A DNA stretch of 64,000 bases from an uncultured Lichenihabitans sp. (GTDB taxonomy: Bacteria > Pseudomonadota > Alphaproteobacteria > Rhizobiales > Beijerinckiaceae): positions 14,436 through 78,435 of the forward strand of contig CAXTDZ010000003.1 in NCBI GenBank assembly GCA_964243035.1, given 5' to 3'. Of this stretch, positions 58,473 to 64,000 are shown piece after piece; the stretch's first letter is position 1; the number at the start of each line of letters is the position of its first letter. The position numbers were made by a program, and so were the translations under genes. The notes below the pieces were generated by a model that ran no database searches, was not told the origin of the DNA, and was given only the letters and a program-made list of their open reading frames with translations.

Positions 58473-61058
58473 ATGCAAACTGCGTGGGCCAAGCTCGATC
58501 GAAACGATCCTGGCCGATGGCACTCGCTCGTCGGGCATGCGACAGACGTCGCGGCCGCATTTCACGCGGCCGTGGACTCGCCCGTCGTTCGCACCCGCTT
58601 GGCCCAGCTCGCCGGTCGCCCTTTGGACGCCCAGGCCGTCGACCGGCTGACGGTGCTGGCGCTTCTGCACGACCTCGGCAAGGCTAATAGGGGCTTCCAG
58701 GCGCGGCGCGATCCGAGGCAACCCGGCATCGGCCACACCACGGAGGTGGGCGGCCTGCTGCTCGGCGGAGACGAGGACGCGTGCCGCCGCTTCATCGACG
58801 GCGCGCTCGCGCCGACGCTCCTGGCCTGGGCGGGCGAGGACGGCGCCGAGGCGTACCTGAAGGTCATGCTGTCCCACCACGGCAGCCCGGTGACGCTGGG
58901 AGCGCTCGAGCGGAGTGCCGGCCACGGCGATGCGCGGTTCTGGCGACGGCACCCCGGCGGCGACCCGGTGGGCGAGATCCTGAACCTCGTGGCGGTCGCC
59001 CGCCGGGCGCTGCCCCTGGCCTTCGAGGCCGGCGGCGCGCCGCTGCCGGACTCGGCGCCGTTCCTGCACGCCTTCGCCGGACTGCTCCAGCTTGCCGATT
59101 GGGTCGGCTCCAACGAGGACTGGTTCCCCTTCGACGGCGGCGAGCCGGGAGAGCGCCGCTACGCCGTCTCGCTCGACACCGCGCACGCAGTGTTGCGCGC
59201 GATCGGCTTCGCGCGGGCCGGGGGCGGGCTTCCTTCGCCCGCCTTCGGGGGCCTGTTCGCCGACCACGCCGGCGGCGCACGCGCGCCGCGACCGCTCCAG
59301 GCCGCCAGCGCCGAGGCACCCGGGCGCCTGCTGGTGCTGGAAGCCGAGACCGGCGCAGGTAAAACCGAGGCGGCCCTGTTCCGCTTCGCACGAGCCTACG
59401 CGGCGGGGCAGGTGGACGCGCTCTACTTCGCCCTACCGACCCGCATCGCGGCGTCGCAGATCCACGGGCGCGTGCGCGACTTCACCAGGCGGTTGCTGCC
59501 CGGGTCCGCGGAGGTGCTGCTCGCCATCCCGGGCGACGCAAGGATGGAGGAGGCGCCCCACCCGCTGCCGCCCCGCGACGACGCCTGGGCGGACGGCCCC
59601 GGGGGCGGCCGGCCGTTCGACGGGCACGGCTGGGCGGTGGAGCGGCCCAAGCGGTTCCTTGCCGCCCGTATCGCGGTCGGGACGGTCGACCAGGTGCTGC
59701 TCGCTGCGTTGCAGAGCCGCCACGCGCACATGCGCGCGGCCTGCCTCACCCGCGCGCTCCTTGTCGTGGACGAGGTCCACGCGTCCGACATCTACATGAC
59801 CGCGATCCTGCGCCGCCTGCTCGCTAATCACCTCGGGGCGGGCGGGCACGCGCTGCTGATGTCGGCGACGCTCGGGGCCGCGGCCGCCGCGGCCCTGCTG
59901 GCGCCCGCGCGGACGGCCGTGGTGCCGCCCCTCGGCGAGGCCTTGGCGCTGCCCTACCCGCTCCTGCGCGGGGACGCGATGTCGCCGCGCGAGATCGCCC
60001 GCGACGGGGAGCCTAAGGCGGTCACCTTCGAGGCTCGACCCGTCATCGACAGGCCCGAGGCGATCGCGGCGCTGGCGGCCGAGGCGGCGGCGGTCGGGGC
60101 CAAGGTGCTGGTGATCCGCAACACCGTCGCGGCCGCGCAGGCGACGCTGGCCGCTCTGGAGCGGGACCGGCCGGGGACGCCCGGCTTCGCGCTCGCCGGG
60201 GTGCCGACCCTGCATCACGGCCGCTTCGCCCGCCCGGACCGCCGACGTCTCGACGCCGCGGTCGAGGCCGCCTTCGGCCGCGCGCGCCCGCCCGGCGGCA
60301 TTGTGCTGGTCGGGACGCAGACGCTAGAACAGAGCCTCGACATCGACGCCGACCTCCTCGTGACGGACCTGTGCCCGATGGACGTGCTGCTCCAGCGCGT
60401 CGGCCGCCTGCATCGCCACCGCGGCCGCGGGCGCCCGGGGGGCTTCGCGGCGGCGCGCGCGGTGGTGGCGGTGCCAGACGACGGGAGCTTCGCGGGACTC
60501 GCCGGCCGCCCCGCGCGCGGCTTCGGCGACCCGGACCGGGCCGTGTACCGCGACCTGCTGGTGCTGCGGGCGACGCTCGACCTCGTCAGGTCCCGCCCCG
60601 CCGTCGCCATCCCCGACCACAACCGCGAGCTGGTTGAGCGTGCCACCCACCCGGAGGCGCTGCGCGCGCTCGCGGAGCGCCTGGCCGCCGCCGACGACCC
60701 GGCGTGGCTCGCGCATTGGGAGAAGCTGCGCGGCAAAGGCGCGGCCGAGCGCATGGTGGCCGACCTGCACGGGCTCGACATGCGGGAGCCGTTCGGCGCC
60801 GAGCCGTTCCCGGGCGACGAGGCGGTGCTGACGCGCCTCGGCGCGGCCGACCGGCTCCTGCCCGTGCCGGGCGCTCCCGCCGGCCCGTTCGGTGGCGCGG
60901 TCGAGGAGATCGCGCTGCCGGGGCATTGGGCGTGGGTGCCGGCCCTGCCGGCGGAGGCCGCGGCCGAGGCGGTCAGGCCGTTCGCGGGCGGCTTCGCCTT
61001 TGCGGTCGGTAAGGTGGGGTTGGTGTACGACCGGCTCGGGCTGCGGCGGGCCTCGTGA
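58473..61058 (+). CDS. cas3: CRISPR-associated helicase/endonuclease Cas3 (type I-E)
   Basis: 861 aa, preceded by GGAGGAAG. HD nuclease motifs HSLVGHATDV and LALLHDLGKANRGFQ. Helicase motifs LEAETGAGKTEAAL, VVDEVHASD and LMSATL, plus a C-terminal domain. Confidence 0.95.
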   Translation: MQTAWAKLDRNDPGRWHSLVGHATDVAAAFHAAVDSPVVRTRLAQLAGRPLDAQAVDRLTVLALLHDLGKANRGFQARRDPRQPGIGHTTEVGGLLLGGDEDACRRFIDGALAPTLLAWAGEDGAEAYLKVMLSHHGSPVTLGALERSAGHGDARFWRRHPGGDPVGEILNLVAVARRALPLAFEAGGAPLPDSAPFLHAFAGLLQLADWVGSNEDWFPFDGGEPGERRYAVSLDTAHAVLRAIGFARAGGGLPSPAFGGLFADHAGGARAPRPLQAASAEAPGRLLVLEAETGAGKTEAALFRFARAYAAGQVDALYFALPTRIAASQIHGRVRDFTRRLLPGSAEVLLAIPGDARMEEAPHPLPPRDDAWADGPGGGRPFDGHGWAVERPKRFLAARIAVGTVDQVLLAALQSRHAHMRAACLTRALLVVDEVHASDIYMTAILRRLLANHLGAGGHALLMSATLGAAAAAALLAPARTAVVPPLGEALALPYPLLRGDAMSPREIARDGEPKAVTFEARPVIDRPEAIAALAAEAAAVGAKVLVIRNTVAAAQATLAALERDRPGTPGFALAGVPTLHHGRFARPDRRRLDAAVEAAFGRARPPGGIVLVGTQTLEQSLDIDADLLVTDLCPMDVLLQRVGRLHRHRGRGRPGGFAAARAVVAVPDDGSFAGLAGRPARGFGDPDRAVYRDLLVLRATLDLVRSRPAVAIPDHNRELVERATHPEALRALAERLAAADDPAWLAHWEKLRGKGAAERMVADLHGLDMREPFGAEPFPGDEAVLTRLGAADRLLPVPGAPAGPFGGAVEEIALPGHWAWVPALPAEAAAEAVRPFAGGFAFAVGKVGLVYDRLGLRRAS

Positions 61059-61101
61059 ATTTGAGAGTGACTGCATTCCTGCAACTTGTCATTGTTCACA
61101 T

Positions 61102-62730
61102 ATGACGCATGCGTCCTCCCCCACTCCGTTCGGCTTCAACCTGCTCGCCAAGCCGCTTATCCGCGCCGACCTCGCCGAGGGCGCGCGGGCGACCCTGACG
61201 TTACCGGGCCTCCTCGCCGCGTATGGCGACGATCGCGTCCTCGCGCTGCCCGCCCTGCGGCCCCACCAACGCCACCCGTGGCACGCCTTCGCGGTGCAGG
61301 TCGCGGCGCTGGCGCTCGGGCCGTCGGCGGACGCGGACGCCGGTTGGGCGGCGGACGAGGCAGGCTGGGCGGCGGCGCTACGGACTCTCACGCCCGACCA
61401 CCCCGGCGACGAGCCCTGGTCGCTCGCCGTGACGGACACGTCACAGCCCGCCTTCATGCAGCCGCCGGTGCCGGAAGGCGCGTTCAAGGACTTCAAGACC
61501 TCCGTCGCCACGCCCGACGCGCTCGACATGCTGGTCACGGCCAAGAACCACGACGTCAAGGCCGAGGCGATGGGGTGCGCCGAGCCAGACCACTGGCTGT
61601 TCGCCCTCGTCACCTTGCAAACGCACGAGGGATTTCTCGGCGCCGGCAACTTTGGCGTGTCGCGGATGAACGGCGGCTTCGCCAACCGGCCCGGGCTCGG
61701 CCTCGCCCCGCGGGGCGGGATGGGGGCGCGCTGGCGGCGCGACGTCGGGCGACTGCGCGCGGCGCTTTGGGCGCACGGGGACGCGCCCCGGCCGGAATGG
61801 GACGGTTACGACGCCGTCTCCGGCCTGCGCCTCCTGTGGCTCCCGCCCTGGGACGGCGCGGCGCAGCTCGCGCGCGGAAGCCTGCACCCGTTGTATGTCG
61901 AGGTGTGCCGGCGCCTGCGGCTCGCCGCCGGCCCGGATGGCACCCTCGCGGCGCGGCGCGCCGGCTCCAAGGCGGCCCGCGTCGTGCCGGCCGAGGGCGG
62001 CGCGACCGGCGACCCTTGGACGCCGGTGGGGCGCGCCGACGGCAAGGTCCTCACGGTGGGGCCCGACGGCTTCGGCTACCGCCGCACGGCGGACCTCCTT
62101 CTGGGCGAGGCCTGGAAGCTTCCGCTCCTGGCCGAGCCCGGTCTGGGTGAGCGCGGCCCGTTCGACCTCGTGTGTCGGGCGCTCACCCGCGGTCAGGGCA
62201 AAACGGAGGGCTATCACGAGCGGCACGTCCCGGTCCCGGCCGCCATCGCGGCGCGCCTGTTCGGCAGCGGGCGGGCCGACCTCGATCGGCTCGCCAGGGC
62301 GCGCATCGACGCCGTGGCCGACCTGCAGGCCGCCCTGTCCTTCGCGGGCCGCGTGCTCGTCCAGGCCGGGCCCGACAAGGTGTCGAACGACGCCGCCCGC
62401 AATACCTTCGCGGCCGCCCTCGCCCCAAGGCTGGCGGCCCACGCGGACGCGGCCTTCTTCGACGACCTGTGGCGGGAGGCGGATGCGGGCTCGGACCCGG
62501 AGGCCGTGCGCCACGGCTGGATGCGCGGGCTCAAGGCCCGCGCGGCGGAGCTGCTGGAGGAGGCCGGGCGCGCCCTGCCGGTGCCGGCGCAGCGGCGCCC
62601 CCGCGCCCGCGTCAAGTCGCAGGGCGCCTTCGAGGTGCGGCTGCGCAAGGCGAAGTCCTGGCAGTCCTTCCACGACGCCGAGCGCGAGCGTGCCGGGATG
62701 CGCGCGATCGAGGGAGACCAAGCAGCATGA
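61102..62730 (+). CDS. cse1: type I-E Cascade large subunit Cse1/CasA (Cas8e)
   Basis: ORF 60892..62730 trimmed to ATG 61102 (MTHASSPTPFGFNLLAKPLIRADL...LRPHQRHPWHAFAVQVAAL). 542 aa, positioned between cas3 and cse2. Confidence 0.85.
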   Translation: MTHASSPTPFGFNLLAKPLIRADLAEGARATLTLPGLLAAYGDDRVLALPALRPHQRHPWHAFAVQVAALALGPSADADAGWAADEAGWAAALRTLTPDHPGDEPWSLAVTDTSQPAFMQPPVPEGAFKDFKTSVATPDALDMLVTAKNHDVKAEAMGCAEPDHWLFALVTLQTHEGFLGAGNFGVSRMNGGFANRPGLGLAPRGGMGARWRRDVGRLRAALWAHGDAPRPEWDGYDAVSGLRLLWLPPWDGAAQLARGSLHPLYVEVCRRLRLAAGPDGTLAARRAGSKAARVVPAEGGATGDPWTPVGRADGKVLTVGPDGFGYRRTADLLLGEAWKLPLLAEPGLGERGPFDLVCRALTRGQGKTEGYHERHVPVPAAIAARLFGSGRADLDRLARARIDAVADLQAALSFAGRVLVQAGPDKVSNDAARNTFAAALAPRLAAHADAAFFDDLWREADAGSDPEAVRHGWMRGLKARAAELLEEAGRALPVPAQRRPRARVKSQGAFEVRLRKAKSWQSFHDAERERAGMRAIEGDQAA

Positions 62731-63362
62731 CGGGCGAGACGCACGCGGGGTCGGCCCGCGCCGGGCGCGACGGGCCGGGGTGGCTCGTGGCCGCGCTCGC
62801 GAACGGTGTCGCCCGGCTCGACCCCGGCGAGCGGGCGCGTCTCAGGCGGCAGACGCCCGGCGACCGCCTGTCGCCGGGCGCGCTCGGCCTCGCGATGCGC
62901 CTTCTCGTGGCCGCGGGTGCCGAGGAGCGCGATCTCGCGGGCCGCCGTGTGGAGCGATTTGCCGTTCTTCTCCGCCTCATGGCGCTCGTGGCCGGAACCC
63001 GGGAGAAGGCGGACGCCGACCCGCACCGCCCAGGCAGCAAGGATCCCAGGTTCAGGATCGGGCACGCCCTGCGCGACCTCCTCACCGACGGGGGCAAGCG
63101 CGAGCCCGAGCAGGTGGACGCCCGCCTTCTCGCGATGCTTGCCGCCCGGGGCGAGGCGTTCGACGCGCTGCTGGAGCGCGCCGTCCGCCGCCTCGCGGCC
63201 GCGCGGGTCGAGGCGCTCGACTTCGTGGCGCTGTGGCGCCTGGTCGAGTGGCCCGACGGCGACGCGTCCGAGGACGCGCGCCTCGCGGTCGCCCGCGACT
63301 TCTACCGCCGCGCCGGTGGCGGCGCCGACCGATCTACCCCCGGAGGTCCGACCACCCCATGA
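62727..63362 (+). CDS. cse2: type I-E Cascade small subunit Cse2/CasB (Cas11)
   Basis: Tail of ORF 62172..63362 from ATG 62727, with an ATGA overlap onto the cse1 stop. 211 aa, helical and Arg/Ala-rich, in the canonical position. Confidence 0.8.
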   Translation: MTGETHAGSARAGRDGPGWLVAALANGVARLDPGERARLRRQTPGDRLSPGALGLAMRLLVAAGAEERDLAGRRVERFAVLLRLMALVAGTREKADADPHRPGSKDPRFRIGHALRDLLTDGGKREPEQVDARLLAMLAARGEAFDALLERAVRRLAAARVEALDFVALWRLVEWPDGDASEDARLAVARDFYRRAGGGADRSTPGGPTTP

Positions 63363-64000
63363 CCGAAGCGCGCTTCCTCCAGCTCCACTGGCTGGCGAGC
63401 TACCCCGGCACCCTGCTTAACCGCGACGAGGCGGGCCTGGCCAAGCGCCTCGCCTTCGGCGGCGCCGTGCGGCTGCGCGTGTCGTCCCAGGCCATCAAGC
63501 GGCGGCTGCGGATGGCCGACGACCCCCAGAGCTTGCGCCGCATCCCGGGCGCCGCGGTGGCGGAGCGATCCAAGCACGCCATCCGCCGCGAAGTGCTGCG
63601 CGGCCTGGCGGAGGAGACCGGCCGAGATCAGGAGGTCGTGGACGCGGTCGCGGCGCCGTTCGAGCGGGCGCTCTACGGCGACAAGGGCGACAAACCCGAA
63701 AGCCGGCAGCCGCTCCTCGTCGGCCACCCCGAGATCCGCTTTCTCCGCGAGAAGGCCCGCGCCATCGTGGCGGCCGCGGCGGCCCCGAAGGACGCCGCCG
63801 CGGCCGCGGACGCCTTCGGCAAGGACGCCAAGACGCTGTTCAAGGCCATGCGGGACCAGACCGCCATGCCGGGCGGCATCGAGGCCGCCCTGTTCGGCCG
63901 CATGGTGACATCCGACACGGAGGCCAACATCGACGCGGCCGTTCACGTCGCCCACGCCCTGTCGGTCCATGCCGCCGACACGGAGATCGACTACGTCACG
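63359..64000 (+). CDS. cas7: type I-E Cascade backbone subunit Cas7/CasC (Cse4), N-terminal 214 codons; runs off the right edge
   Basis: Absent from the ORF track because there is no stop in the window. Manual translation from ATG 63359 (ATGA overlap with the cse2 stop) gives MTEARFLQLHWLASYPGTLLNRDEAGLAKRLAFGGAVRLRVSSQAIKRRLR...IEAALFGRMVTSDTEANIDAAVHVAHALSVHAADTEIDYVT, which carries the Cas7e hallmark motifs. Confidence 0.9.
   Translation, partial: MTEARFLQLHWLASYPGTLLNRDEAGLAKRLAFGGAVRLRVSSQAIKRRLRMADDPQSLRRIPGAAVAERSKHAIRREVLRGLAEETGRDQEVVDAVAAPFERALYGDKGDKPESRQPLLVGHPEIRFLREKARAIVAAAAAPKDAAAAADAFGKDAKTLFKAMRDQTAMPGGIEAALFGRMVTSDTEANIDAAVHVAHALSVHAADTEIDYVT

Overview
This is a very GC-rich chromosomal segment. 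Third codon positions are almost all G/C, and long Arg/Ala/Gly/Pro-rich ORFs run antisense to most real genes. Gene content and the 'cattgcgagcgcagcgaagcaatccag' palindromic repeat family suggest an alphaproteobacterium, possibly Rhizobiales-like, but that is an inference.

Positions 1-54,000 are mostly core or metabolic:
- a formate module (OFA-family MFS transporter, fdsGBA NAD-dependent formate dehydrogenase, LysR regulator);
- cobalamin genes (cobD, cobQ, cobO) with a weak candidate B12 riboswitch;
- an orphan RTX-type type I secretion pair (HlyB-like ABC with an inactive C39-like domain, plus HlyD);
- transaldolase, a DUF4142 protein, a Cache-GGDEF cyclase, SRPBCC and SIMPL proteins, asd, a YegD-like Hsp70, a GIY-YIG gene bracketed by palindromic repeats, and rpsA;
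- a small iron-themed group (orphan EfeO/EfeM-like lipoprotein, a hypothetical, a 70-aa Cys-rich protein with an ICE/Irr-like box);
- mmsA with a LysR regulator, a GNAT and an MDR oxidoreductase;
- a hisD-paralog/APC permease/CN-hydrolase operon with an XRE-cupin regulator;
- a large rare-sugar island (class II aldolase, FGGY kinase, ketose 3-epimerase, LacI regulator, two complete ABC importers);
- a copper cluster (OprB porin, DUF2946, PCuAC, CopC, CopD).

Positions 54,000-64,000 are accessory. A visibly AT-richer, decayed mobilizable element carries a C-terminal integrase fragment, a MobA/MobL relaxase, two uncharacterised proteins, an oriT-like repeat region and a truncated, frameshifted EAL gene. 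It abuts the start of a type I-E CRISPR-Cas operon (cas3, cse1, cse2, cas7 partial) that runs off the right edge.

I recognised no CRISPR array, tRNA or rRNA in the window. I found no convincing wholly new multi-gene system. The best candidates for novelty are the uncharacterised cargo genes between the relaxase and cas3. All functional calls come from motif recognition by eye, with no database search.
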